Source: the human T2T-CHM13v2.0 reference genome, Homo sapiens. Taken from it: a stretch of 64,000 bases of DNA. A program made the position numbers and the translations under genes. The notes beneath the pieces are model-generated. The model made no database searches, was not told the DNA's origin, and was given only the letters and a program-made list of their open reading frames with translations. The stretch lies in NCBI RefSeq assembly GCF_009914755.1, contig NC_060946.1; one strand, written 5' to 3'. Below, one piece after another: positions 1 through 23,160 of the stretch; positions within the stretch are counted from its first letter, which is position 1, and every line of letters begins with the position of its first letter.

Positions 1-75
1 CCCCTGAGTTCAAAACCACACTGGGCAACATAGGGAGACCATGTCTCTATTTATTAAATAAATAATAATAATAAT

Positions 76-1480
<1,405 letters not shown>

Positions 1481-1493
1481 ATTGCCCAATAAT

Positions 1494-7570
<6,077 letters not shown>

Positions 7571-8613
7571 CTACAGGAAAAATTGATGTCTTCTCACAGC
7601 AAATTCTATTTAAAGGAGAATTGGCTTGGACGAATGTTTATTTTTTTCCCAAATCTTGATAGAATTATTTTTGAAATTGGTTATGTATCAAAGTCAGGTC
7701 TCTTTCTTTTTTCAGAAATCTGTTTTTAGAAGTTTTAAGCTCTGTTACTAGTACCTTGAAAATAACTAATGGATGATAAACTACATAAACTAGAAGTATT
7801 ATAAACGTTGAAGGCAGTATCGTAAGGTAGAAAATACCACTGATTCCTCCAAAAGGTTTTGTTAATGTAGGAAGTTATTGCTGAACCCTTCTTACAGAAG
7901 AACAACAGCTGTTTCAAAAAGGTATCCTGCCCCGCTCTTTTCTTCTTTGCTCTATTCTAATAGCTCACTAGGTAGGATTGGTTATTTAGCTACTTACTTT
8001 TCTATGTATTTGATTTCCTTTGAATGTTTTAATCTGCTGCATTTTTTGTGCATGTATGTCTGTGTATATGATGTTTCAAATCATGTTTCATTCAGAACGA
8101 TGCTAAAATACTTTAGCCTGGTAGACAAACAACCAGTAAGGACTACTGTGACCCCCAGCAGCACCAAACAGTTCAGGAAAGGAAGTGAGGGGACTGATAT
8201 ATGCAAGTAAAGCTTCAGGGAAACTATAGGTAGGTAGACTGTGTAGTATCTGCTGAAGTTCAAGGTTTACACGAATCTGCTACTTAGCCCAAGGCATCTG
8301 AAAAGTACTAGGCTCACTTTAATGGGAAGGTGATGCCAGGAAGATAGCATATGCTGTATACATTTCATCATTACAGAGGCCATCTCTGGTATCTCATTTC
8401 CTTTCAGCATCACTGTAGTATTGATTTGATACAGACTTAGGTGAAAGAATGATGCCTGTGTCATCAGGATTCTTTTCTGAAATATCTAGACCAGTGCGAT
8501 TCAATGCAAGTCACATATAATGTAGTTTTAATATGTAATTAAAAACTAGCAGCCAAGTAAAAAATAAAATGAAATGTAAAATTTTTAATATTTTATTTAG
8601 CCCAGTACATCTA

Positions 8614-8788
8614 AAATATTTCAACATGTATTCAGTACAAAAAATTATCGAGCTATTTTGGATTGTTTTTTCTTCCTCATTGAAATCTAGTGTGTATATT
8701 ATACTTTCAGCACACTGGCCACGTTTCTAATGCTCATTAGCCACATGTGACATCGAGACATTGTCATGGCATGTGTCAGAATCTTAAC
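8614..8788 (+). repeat. Copy 1 of a 175-bp near-identical direct duplication (embedded in a MER3/MER33-like hAT remnant, about 8490-8760)
   Basis: aaatatttcaacatgta...gaatcttaac recurs at 10304-10478 with 4 mismatches counted by eye. Confidence 0.93.
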
Positions 8789-9024
8789 TTGAAATGGGAG
8801 TAGTATAATGGCCTTTGATACCAGATCTGAGTGTGAATTCCTGCCTTGCTGCTTTCCGGCTATGTGGGTTTGGGATAATTTCTTAGCTTTTCTGAGCTTT
8901 GGTTTCCAAATATGTGATATAATAATATGTAATATAAAATATAAATATATGAAATATTAAAACCTAACATAATAAGCTACCAGTAAGTGGTAGCTATTAT
9001 CAATCTTAAATATTCTTAAACTAA

Positions 9025-9490
<466 letters not shown>

Positions 9491-10303
9491 TGAGATGGAG
9501 TTTCGCTCTTGTTGCCCAGACTGAAGTGCAGTGGCGCAGTCTCGGCTCAACTGCAACCTCCACCTCCTGGGTTCAAGCCATTCTCCTGCCTCAGCCTCCT
9601 GAGCAGCTGGGATTAGAGGCGAGTGCCACCACACCAGGCTAATTTTTGTATTTTTTTTTCTAATTTTTGTATTTTTAGTAGAGACGGGTTTCACCATGTT
9701 GGTCAGGCTGATCTTGAATTCCTGACTTCAAGCGATCCACCTGCCTTGGCCTCCCAAAGTGTTGGGATTACAGGCGTGAGCCACTGCACCCAGCCCATTC
9801 TTTCTTAACATGTTTGTTAATACTTTGCCCAAAAGGAGGGAAGGTAAATTTTTAATCTATTAATTTTTAATTAATAGATTTTTTTAATTTTAAATCTGTT
9901 ATCTGAACAATTGATGCCTTCATATGTTACTTGGTCCCCAAGTCTTTTGTTTTTAAAATTTATGCATGAAACCGTGCTTTAAATAAAGTACTTGAAGTCA
10001 CTCAACAAATGAGTGAGTGTTGTTAATGATTCGAGTTTTTGGTATGACTAGGACTTACATAGAAATAATCAGAAAGGCTTATCTCTCTACCCTTGTATCA
10101 TAACACTCCAAGTTAAAAATAGGACTCCAGCTAGGGGTGGTGGGACAGGCCTGTAATCCCAGCTAGCACTGAGGCTGAGGTAGGAGGCATCAGTTGGGCC
10201 CAAGGAGTTTGAGACCATCCTGGGCAACATAGGTGACTCCATTTAAAAAAAAAATTTTTTTTTTAATTTTTAGTCTTGCACTGTCTTGCACTGTCACCAG
10301 TGC

Positions 10304-10478
10304 AAATATTTCAACATGTATTCAGTACAAAAAATTATTGAGCTATTTTAGATTGTTTTTTCTTCCTCATTGAAATCTAGTGTGTATATTATACTTTCAG
10401 CACACTGGCTACGTTTCTAATGCTCATTAGCTACATGTGACATCGAGACATTGTCATGGCATGTGTCAGAATCTTAAC
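10304..10478 (+). repeat. Copy 2 of the 175-bp direct duplication
   Basis: Same sequence as 8614-8788, offset 1690 bp. Confidence 0.93.
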
Positions 10479-11078
10479 ATCCAACAGGCCAACAACTGTG
10501 GTGAGGTGCCATTGATTATCAGATGAAACCTGATTTCAAAATGTTAAAATGCAGGTGGTGGGGAAAATGTGTGTCCCTGAATCTACAACCGTCTTCCCTG
10601 ATTCTGTTTTCAGTCTGTGGTCAGAGAGATCTGAGTTCAAATCCCAGCCACACCACTTCCCAGCTGTAGGATGTATTAATTGAGGTAGGCTGAGATTTGC
10701 TGCAATCCCTCAATCTCAGTGACTTCACGAGAGAAAAGTTCCTTTGGCGTCATGCAAATCTGCTACAGGTGTGGCCACGTAGCAATGCGAGGAACCACTT
10801 GGAACTTATGGTTCCAGGACCTCAACACAGCCTCGTCTACCACCATCAGGGCAAGAAAGAGAAAGAGACTGGATAATTACAGAAAGTCTCTTCCTGCTTC
10901 AGCCAGGAAGTGGCACCCATCACTTCCACCCACATTTCATTGGCTGGGCTAACCACATGGCCCTGCTTAACTGCAAGGGGCTGGAAAATATACTTTCCTG
11001 GATACTCAGGAAGAAGGAAAGACCAAAATATTCATGCCAATAGTTAAATCTAGCATGGTAACGTTCAGCCTTCCCTGA

Positions 11079-11294
<216 letters not shown>

Positions 11295-11878
11295 TGATCC
11301 ACCTGCCTCGGCCTCTCAAAGTGCTGGGATTACAGGCATGAGCCACCATGCCCAGCCAAAAAAATTTTTTTTAATTAAAAATTTAAAAAGTGGACTCAAT
11401 TTATTGCGATATTTATTTCAACTCTTGTCTCCTCAATATGAAAAGTCTTCCAGTGACATGTCTCTTTAGTTTTAAAATATTTTAGATTTTTTACCTTTAA
11501 AAAAAGTTAAAATTCTGGTTTTCATTGTGCTAATGAGATCATTTTTGTTATTATTTTATCCTGTATTAATAATTCAGGTATTTCTTTGCAGCATAAAAAT
11601 CCTATCCTGTAAGTTCCAAGCAGTTACAAAAAAATTACTAGAATATACATTTATCTTGCTATGTTATTAACTATTTCCCAGGCATGCATCACAGCTTATA
11701 GAATGCTTGAAAAAAGTGCATACTAGTGTGAAAAGCCACGTCTTGTACAAAACAGTATGTTGAATAATCTTTGTCAGTTTAGCAAAAAGTTCAACAGAGT
11801 AGTGACTGTATATGTATTCATCTGGAAATATAGAATTTTCCTTCTTTGTGACACAGACTTTTAAAAAAATCTCTACAG

Positions 11879-11948
11879 GCCAGTGACATATCAGGCATTT
11901 CGGGAATGTACACTGGAGACCACAGTTCATGCCAGCGGCTGGAATAAG
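11879..11948 (+). CDS. BCL2L13: BCL2L13 coding exon 5, 70 nt (too short for the ORF track)
   Basis: Acceptor ctctacag| and donor |gtatca. Completes the CA/G codon, then PVTYQAFRECTLETTVHASGWNK. Frame matches both flanking exons. Confidence 0.96.
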
Positions 11949-13069
11949 GTATCATCACAATGATCTTTTCTCTTAAAAGATTTTAGTGTGTTAATGATAA
12001 GACGTAGGAGGAATTGCTAGCATCATCAGCAGAAAACTGTTAGAGCTCATTCTTTAATGCACAAATCTATGTTAAGGGGATATTTTTGGTTAAACTGGTT
12101 TTTCGATTAATGCTGCAAGGTCCTGCTTGGCTCAAAATTATGTGTCCTATAGTATGGCCCCTTCCTTTCTGTCCCAATTTTCCCATCATTTCTTCATTTC
12201 TCTGTGTTAGACATAACATTTATCTCCAGATGGTTATATATTTATTAACATGTGAGTGTGTCTTGGGGAAAAAGAATACAGACTTTACTTGGGAGGTAGC
12301 CTCTTCCTGTTCTCTTAGATGAATAATACCATTTATGTTTTATAACTTACACAGTGTCTCGTGTCACATACCATTTGAGCATCCCAACCATCCTTTGCAG
12401 AAGACAGAATGGATTTTATTAGGTCTTCTTTATTACTTAGCTAGTTAGGTAGGTAATCAGAAAGAAAAGTTAAATGACTTGCCTAGAATCCCTTGACCAG
12501 TCAATATTGGAACCAACACTAGAGCTAAGATCTGATTCTAGCGTCTGTTTTTTCCACTGTACATGTTGCTTATCTATTATCTTAGACTGTATTATTTACT
12601 TAGCACCTTGAGAAGGCAGGGTATAGGGGGATGCAGTATAGGGTGGCTTAGTGCAGTGTGAGAAAGAAGGGCAGCCCTGAGGGATACAGTGCTAGAGATG
12701 AGAAAATTCAGGACAGTTACTTTTATAGACACCTACCTCTATTTGGAATTGTTTGTCATGAGTCAGACATGTGACCTTATGTACCTAATTGATGTATATT
12801 AGGTACATAACCAAACTTGTTTCAGATTTTAGCTTTGCCATGGACTGGATATATGTCTGTGGGCAGGTTCTCTTTAAAAAAAAAAAAAAATTTCGGCCGG
12901 GTGCAGTGGCTCATGCCTGTAATCCCATCACTTTGGGAGGCCGAGGTGGGCGGATCACCTGAGGTTGAGAGTTTGCAACCAGCCTGACCAACGTGGAGAA
13001 TCGCCGTCTCTACTAAAAATACAAAATTAGCTGGGCATGGTGGCGCATGCCTGTAGTCTCAGCTACTCA

Positions 13070-13174
<105 letters not shown>

Positions 13175-14217
13175 TCAAAAAAAAATAAAATTTCAACTTT
13201 TATTTTAGATTCGGGGGACATGTATGTGCAGGTTTGTTATAGGAAGCTCTCTGAGTCTTAGTTTTCTCATTTGTGAAATGGGAAACAATAATACTAGTCT
13301 CATAAGTTTTATTAGAATTAAATGAGATAATACATGTTCAGTACTTATTAAGCATATTATCAGGCACCATAGTAAAGCTCAGTAAACAGCAGCTATTATA
13401 TTAGCTTTAACACATGGGACCTTATTCTCAAATAGTCACTATTAACAGAGTATTAGTATGTTACCTATCGGTACATAATTTGTTAAGATATCTATTTGCC
13501 TCGTTTGTTTTTTTGGAATAAGAGAAAATATTCTCTCTCATATAGACATTTGAAATAGACTTATTTTATTTATTTATTTATTTTGAGACAGAGTCTAACT
13601 CTGTCGCCCAGGCCAGAGTGCAGTGGCTTGATCTTGGCTCACTGCAACCTCCGCCTCCCAGGTTCAAGCGATTCTCCCAAATAGCTGGAATTATAGGCAC
13701 CTGCCACCTTGCCCAGCTAATTTTTGTATTCTTAGTAGAGATGGGGTTTCACTGTGTTGGCCAGGCTGGTCTCCAACCCTGACCTCATGATCCGCTGCTC
13801 ACCTCAATCTCCCAAATTGCTGGGATTACAAGTGTGAGCCACTGTGCCTGGCCTTTTTTTTTTTCAAGTTGGAGTCTCGCTTCGTTGTCCAGGCCTGGAG
13901 TGCATTGGTGCAATCTCGGCTCACTCACTGCAGCCTTTCCCTTCCGGGTTCAAGCAATTCTCCTGCCTCAACCTCCCAAGTAGCTGGGCTTGCAGGTGCC
14001 CACCACTATGCCCAGCTAATTTTTGTACTTTTAGTAGAGACAGGGTCTTGCCATGTTGGCCAGGCTGGTCTCAAACTCCTGACCTCAGGTGATCTGCCTC
14101 TGTTGGCCTCCCAAAGTGATGGGATTACAGGCATGAGCCACCCTACCTGGCCTGAAATAGATTTTATAAAGGGCTGGATGCAGTACAGTAGCTCACACCT
14201 GTAATCCCAGCACTTTA

Positions 14218-14521
<304 letters not shown>

Positions 14522-14999
14522 TTACTCCCCATTTTCTTTCCTGCTCCTCCCAGCCCCCGACAACAATGACTACTTTCTGTCTTAATGAATTTGTCTTTTC
14601 TGGACATTTCAAATAAATGGAGTAATATAATATGTGATTGAAGTCTCTTTTAATATGTAGACTTATCCTCCCTCTTTTTTCCTCTCTTTAATTCAGTTAC
14701 AAGTTATTTTTCCTGTAAAATGTTCTCATTTCTGGGTTTTATTGACTATATCACTGAGATGTCACTTAACATGTTCTTCTGTGTCTGTATTTCCTTCCTG
14801 ATCAGATTCAGGTTCAATCTTTTTGGCAAGAATACCTAATGAGTGGTTTTATCTATTTCCTATTGCATCACACTGGGTGACATATAATATCTGGTTGTCT
14901 CTTACATTGTATTTTGAAGCACACAAATCAAAGACAAACCTAATCAATGAATTCAGTACAGATAAAATTTGTAGAATATGATTTTTATTAGGACTGTTA

Positions 15000-16250
15000 A
15001 GTCACAGAAGGGTTAAATAGATTGGTAGAGCAAAATATGTCACTGTTATCATAAATATTCATTGTAATGAAAGGGACTCTCAGAACTATAAATTAGTACG
15101 CTTCATTTCTACACCAAGCAAGCTCATATATTATTTAATAAAAGGATAATGTCCCTAAATTTAAGTAGGTCTAACCTGTTAAACAAAGAGACCACATAGT
15201 GTACGAAGAGATGTCAGGAGATTAAATAAGTGTGTGGATAAAGGTAAGCCAGTGGAGGTAATCTGTTTTGATGGTCAAAAATACTTTAGCATTTCATTGC
15301 AAAAACAATTGAAGAAAAAAAATTATATATGATGTGGGGATTACTGTTATCCAGTAAGGAAATGACTTTTGAGAAAGAATCAAAGATAAAACTATTTGCT
15401 GACTTTTTAGACCTAGACATGTGAATCGTGGGTTCTTCTAGGAGTGGATGCCTGGGGATCTAGTTTTGTTTTAACATTTAAAAAAAGTAATGTGGGAGAT
15501 GAGAGTCCAAAAAAAATCAGTTGTGCAGATTATGTAAAATTCTTGTGGATAGTAAAATGTCAAGTTGATGGAGGTCAGTTGTAGAATTAACTCATGGAGC
15601 TTTGTGTGTAGGATTATGTGTAAATCCTCTTAGGATTTAGCTGCTTAAAGACAATCTAAACGGTACAGTGGCCTTGGACGTCATCATACAGGTCCCTGAA
15701 GATAGCATGCCAAATAGGTAAGCCTGGTATATGGTAGTCATTTAATAACTGTATGAGGAATGAAGGGAAAAAAACGAATCATCTGACATAGCATGTACCA
15801 CCAAGAAGCGTATTACCAACCGCATAGAAAATGTCCGTCCTGAAAAATGACATTTCTGCTCTGTGGTTACTGCGTTTCAAGAAAGATACTGGAATAGGGA
15901 AGATCCAGAAAAGGGAACTTAAGTGATCAAATGGATCACTTTGCATTGCAATGGAGCAATGGCCATATGAAAAACAGAATAAGAGAATAGTGGATTTCAG
16001 ACTGGAAGTCTAGTGAATGAGGCTTTTCACTCCTCTTCCAGGAGTGAAAGAGAATTGCAGATTTATCACTAGATTCTTACATAGTAAAACTAGGGTGTCT
16101 GCTTTTCGATATATGAAAGAGTTAAATTTGGAACAAATAAAACTAAGTGGTATTTTATATAACAAGCATAAAATATTTACAACTCATTTCCCCAAGAGGT
16201 AATAGAGCTTAAACATGAATAACTTTAAAATGTTACATTATTGTGGATTA
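15000..16250 (+). mobile_element. Ancient CR1/L3-type LINE ORF2 (reverse transcriptase) fossil
   Basis: 15228-15287 reads KCVDKGKPVEVICFDGQKYF (compare CR1 VDxGxPVDVIYLDFxKAF). Collinear degenerate blocks follow that resemble SGVPQGSVLGPVLFNIF (~15420-15480), FADDTKL (~15520-15545) and KKDxxxLExVQRRATKMI (~15880-15935). Confidence 0.65.
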
Positions 16251-17980
16251 TTATGGGAAATTAGAATGTTTTGAAGTCCAGAACATCCCGGGCCTTTAAG
16301 TTGATACACAGGTTAGCACCACTGGTTCATAAGCCACTCCTTACCTGCTTCTACCCGAGGCAAAATATAAACAGTTTTTTGTTTGTTTGTTTAATAGTGT
16401 AAGTTTTCTTATTGAGGAAATGCCTAATGGATTCTTCTTTATAGCCCTATACTACTCCATCATTGTTAAGAAGGAGTTTTCAATATATTTTGGGCTGGAG
16501 TGCCTTTAGAATGTCAAGAAGTAAAGATATTATGTGTTCATTGCATGCTTCCTTTCAGATTTTGATAGAGATTCCCCCAGGGCTGCTTTCTCTTCCTTTC
16601 TTTAGAAGCCAAGGAATATTAGTTTGAAATATAAACTCATTGTTTTTTGTTTGTCCTCCTGCAGAAGTATTTTGTCGTCCCTCAGTTATTTCCTTGGCAG
16701 TCTACTAACAAGCAAATGGAATTGGTTTCATTTCCTTTTGCATTCCTTTTGCAGGCATATGGACCTCTTGATGTTTTAAACAAAAGAGATTGCATGCAGA
16801 TGGCTACCTGAATACTTAGTTTTTTTCAATATGCATTTTTTTTTAAGGGAAGACAGGGACTCTAGTTAGTTTCTGTTGTAATTTTTGACGACTTTTAAGT
16901 ATTGAGCCACATGGTTATTAGGTATAGATTGTAATGGCATCTTTTATGTTTGACTTTTGATGAGTTTTACAAGATAGCTCTTAATTTTTAAAAGTTCTTA
17001 TTTTCAAATAATAAAAGCACATGGTACAAAATGCAAAAAAGTACAGAAAGATATGCTTTGAAAAATAAAAGTTTTCTCTCATCCTTGTTGCCAGTCACCT
17101 AGTTCCCTTCCTTTTAGGCAACCACTATTACCAATTTCTTGCGTATTTTTCTGGAGACCCTGTAGGATTATATAGACATATATATATGTGTATATGTTTT
17201 TATTACACAAATGGTACTGTATGTATTCTTCTATAACTTGCCTTTTTTCACTTAAAGTAAATCGTGGTGATTGGGTAGTAAGCAATTTAACAACTATATA
17301 TTTTACTGGATGACAATAATTTATTTAACTAGTCCCTGTTGGGTTGTTTTTCTAGTTTTCTGCTGTTATAAATAATGCTTCAGGCTGGGCGTGGTGGCAC
17401 ACGCCTATAATCCCAGCACTTTGGGAGACTGAGGTGGGCAGATCACTTGAGGCCAGGAGTTTGAGACCAGCCTGGCCAACATGGTGAAACCCCGTCTCTA
17501 CTAAAAATACAAAAATTAGCCAGGCGTCATGGCGTACACTTGTAATCCCAGCTACTCAGGAGGCTGAGCAGAGAATCGCTTGAACCTGGGAGGCGGAGGC
17601 TGCAGTGAGCCAAGACTGTGCCACTGCCTGGATGAAAGAGCGAGACTCCATCTCAAAAAAAAAAAAAAAAAGGAAAAAGAAATTAATTAATTAATAATGC
17701 ATCAGTGAATTTCCTTCTATATATGTTATTTCTGTCACACACATACATGCACACACATGCCTAATTATTTTCAATAACTATTTCTACCTGCCTATTGTAT
17801 AAAACCTACATGCAGTATTCAGAAAAATCCTAATAGAAGTTACTGTTTTATTTCCTTTATATAATGAAAATAAAAATACCTTAATGATGCATTTAAATAT
17901 AATTTTCTAGTAGTTGAACATATAAAACACATTATAAGAATTTCAGTGTGGTTTTTTATTCTCTCATCTTTGCATTGAAG

Positions 17981-18124
17981 ATTTTGGTGCCTCTGGTTTT
18001 GCTACGACAAATGCTTTTGGAATTGACAAGACGTGGTCAAGAACCTTTGAGCGCACTGCTGCAGTTTGGCGTGACATACCTGGAGGACTATTCGGCAGAG
18101 TACATCATTCAGCAAGGTGGCTGG
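17981..18124 (+). CDS. BCL2L13: BCL2L13 coding exon 6, 144 nt (BH1/BH2 region)
   Basis: Acceptor ctctcatctttgcattgaag| and donor |gtatga. Encodes ILVPLVLLRQMLLELTRRGQEPLSALLQFGVTYLEDYSAEYIIQQGGW, ending in the BH2-type QQGGW motif. Confidence 0.97.
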
Positions 18125-18786
18125 GTATGAGCTGTTATATATTAAAAATATTTTCTTGAAAAAAAATTAGGTTTGTTGTTTTTCTTAAGAGATGGGTTCT
18201 TGCTGTGTTACCCGGGCTGGAGTGCAGTGTCTAATTGCTGGCACTATCATGGCAGGCTTCGGTCTCAAACTCCTGGGCTCAAGTGATCCTGCCTCAGGTC
18301 CTGAATAGCCAAGAGCACAGGCTGGGACTATAGGTGCCCACCACTGTGCCGTGCTCTATCCCGTACTTTTTGATATGTAATTATTATTATTATTCAGTTG
18401 GTTCAGTTGTTTATAAATTTTCCTTATATGTTCTTTGACCCTTGAATTACTTAGAAATGTATTTTTTAATTTCTAAATACTTACAGGTTTAAAAATTTTG
18501 TTTTCAATTACTAATTTAATTCTGTTTCATCAGAAAGCACGACCATCGTGGCATTGAAACTTGAGTTATAGCCTACTATCATGATCAATTTAAAAAATAT
18601 ATATATAGGGCTGGGTGCAGTGGTGCACATCTGTAATCCCAGTGCTTTGGGAGGCTGAGGTGGGTGAATCACCTGAGGTCAGGAGTTCAAGACCAGCCTG
18701 GTCAACATGACAAAACCCCATCTGTACAAAAAAATACAAAAAATTAACTGGGCTTGGTGGCATGTGCCTGTAATCCCAGCTACTCA

Positions 18787-18969
<183 letters not shown>

Positions 18970-20194
18970 TCAGAACATGTATTCTCTAATGGTTGGTGCA
19001 GAAGTCTGTACGTGTCCATTTACATTTAATCAGTCTTAATAATACGTATTTTAAATCTTTCAGTCATTTCCAATTATTTTGTCTAATTATTTACTAAGAG
19101 AGACATGTTCTATTTGCTACTATGGTGGTAGATTTTCCATTTTCCCTTTAGTTCTGTCAATTGTAGGTGACTAAAAGTTGTAATTATTGACCCCTGGACA
19201 TTTATGCGGACTCTCTTTCTTTCTTTGGGCCTAGAAATGGTTTTTAAGTTTATTTGTTGTAATTTGCCCAACAGTCAGTGATTCTGTAGAGAGAGTACTT
19301 TTCATAAAGTATACTACTCATTATTGTTTTTTAGCCACTATGCATCTGAGGGTTTGAGTTAATTTTTAAAATATGTAAATTTAATTACTATGGATACTAA
19401 TATCGAACATCCTAGGTTTACGTGCTTGGTAAATGCTTACTGAATAAAATCCTGAACATTTGTCTTAGGAAAATAAAAATATTTTTTGAGCTGTTCTTAA
19501 AAATAAGAATTGCGACAATTTATTGTTATTGTTGTCTTCCTACTTAAGTACTTTTTAAAACCTTTGGCTATTGTAGTGTATGGTTTGTATGATAGCCAGG
19601 AGACATCCCAGGTTAACTGCCATTTATCCCATATGGTGCTTTACAACAAGGGAAGAAAAATGCAGGGAATATTATGCACTCCCTTCTCAACTTTCAGTTT
19701 TATGATGATGTAGTACATCAAGGTTTGTTTGGTGATTGTAATTGGTTACAGAGAAAGTAAGTATATTACTCAACTCCAGTATCTGTGCCAAAAGAAAAGA
19801 TCTACTGCATGGATAACTAGTTCATTAATACTTCTTTTTTTTTTGAAACAGTCTTGCTCTGTCATCCTGGCTTGAGTGCAGTGCGCAATTGCAGCCCACT
19901 GCAGCCTCCGCCTCCCAGGTTCAAGCTATTCTTGTGCCTCAGCCTCCTGAGTAGCAGAGATTACAGGTGTGTGCCACCATGACCAGCTACTTTTTGTATT
20001 TTTAGTAGAGATAGGGCTTCGCCATGTTGGCAGGCTGGTCTCAAACTCCTGGCCTCAAGTGATCCACCCACTTAGGCCTCCCAAAGTGCTGGGATTACAG
20101 GCATGAGCCACTGCACCTGGCCTTCATTAATATTTCAAATGTGTTTTATCTCTAAATTTGAATGTCCAATCTGTATTTCACATTGTTCGGTCTA

Positions 20195-21241
<1,047 letters not shown>

Positions 21242-21884
21242 TAGCCAGGATGGTCTCGATCTCCTGACCTCGTGATCCACCCGCCTCAGCCTCCCAAAGT
21301 GCTGGGATTGCAGGCGTGAGCCACCGCGCCCGGCCGATATTGCTTTTTTTTTAATGCCAGTTGGTGAAAATGTATCCTGTGACATAAGCTGTCAACATGA
21401 ATCTCCTTAAGATACTGTGTGCTGAACATTACATTGACAGCTCTTAAAACCCTTCCAGAAGAGAATCATTTGACCACATGATATCGCATGTCTGTTATAT
21501 AAAGCCTGTGGTATGATTTCCACGGGGAATGTATTTGTCATTAGTCACTTGAACACAACATCAAGTGAAACAAACTGCCTACCTCTCAAGGTGCAGCTAC
21601 TTTTGAAAACCTGCAGCAGAGGAGGTGGTGCCAGCAGCCATAATCTGTTGGATGAATGGAGTGATATAGCACATAGTCAGTTAGGAACAGGCAGGCTTTG
21701 GACATATAGATTTGAAGGAGAAAAATAATATTTTGTTTTCTGAATTATTAACAGAAATGGCTAGGACTTAGAAACAGGGTCTTGCTTTGTTGCCCTGGCT
21801 GGAGTACAGTGGCATGATCATGGCTCATTTGCAGCCTCAACTTCCTGGGCTCAAGTGATCCTCCCACCTCAGCCTCCCTAGTAG

Positions 21885-22115
<231 letters not shown>

Positions 22116-23160
22116 TGAGAAAAGGATTAGAAATCACAAGATTTGTTTCTTGCCCCAGCTCTGCCAAATACTAGCCCTGTGTTTTGGAAGGATTCATTTA
22201 ACTTCTCTGAACCTCAGTTTCAACTACAAAAAGGGAAGAATAGCTTCTCTGTCTCACAAAAATAATGATGTGAAAGTGTTTTGTGAAAATGTCACACTTT
22301 TACAAATGCCAGGTTTTCACATGCGTCTCTGAAGAGTGTGGTTTTTTTCCCTCTCCTTAAGTCTGATCACCATTTCCTCTTAGTTTCAGTTTTGACTTTT
22401 ATTTGCCCTGCAGCCCGGTGAGGGCACAGACTGGTTCATGTGCTGTGATTCTCCCTGAGTCATCCTTGCTCCCTCCCTCCTCATTCTCTTTTCATTTCCT
22501 GGGCTTGTGTTGCTACGTTAGAAGTCTGTCTGTCTCCTGGAAAGGGCAGAGCAAGTCCACTGTGGTAAGGCTTGTATTTTACTTTCTCCGTCGTCACATG
22601 ATAAATACTTCTTGTGAAAGATTTACTTTTAGATTCCATAAAAGATTACTGGAGGGAATGTCATCTGTCTATTGTAATATTTAAGTATTTTGAATAAAAT
22701 TAATCTTTGTCATTTTCTCTTGACATGAAGCTTCTGATTTTAGAATAGGTTTTTGTTTGTTTAATCTAGGATATTTAAAGACTATCTCTTGGAAGCTTTT
22801 AGGTTAATAATTTGTTAGAATAGTTTTCATATTGTGGGAGGTGACACACAGGGATGATCTGAAATTAATGAAGTGGGTTGCAGCTAAAATCAATTTAGTA
22901 AGAGTAAGTACTGTTTTGGGAAAATCTGCCTGCTGTATATGTGGGTGTGGATGTTTACTGTGTTGTACTCTGAAATGTGTTTTTTGTGGATCTTCCTCAT
23001 CAAGTTGGGTGGAAAATTACTTCTCTGTAATTTCTTCAGCACTCTCCATTTTCTTATTTTAGGTTAATAATGATCTGAGAGGCGCATTTGGTTATAAGGG
23101 TCCAAAGCAGTGATCTGTTTCCATTTTGCGACTTCGAGGCCTCAGAAATATAAAACTAGC

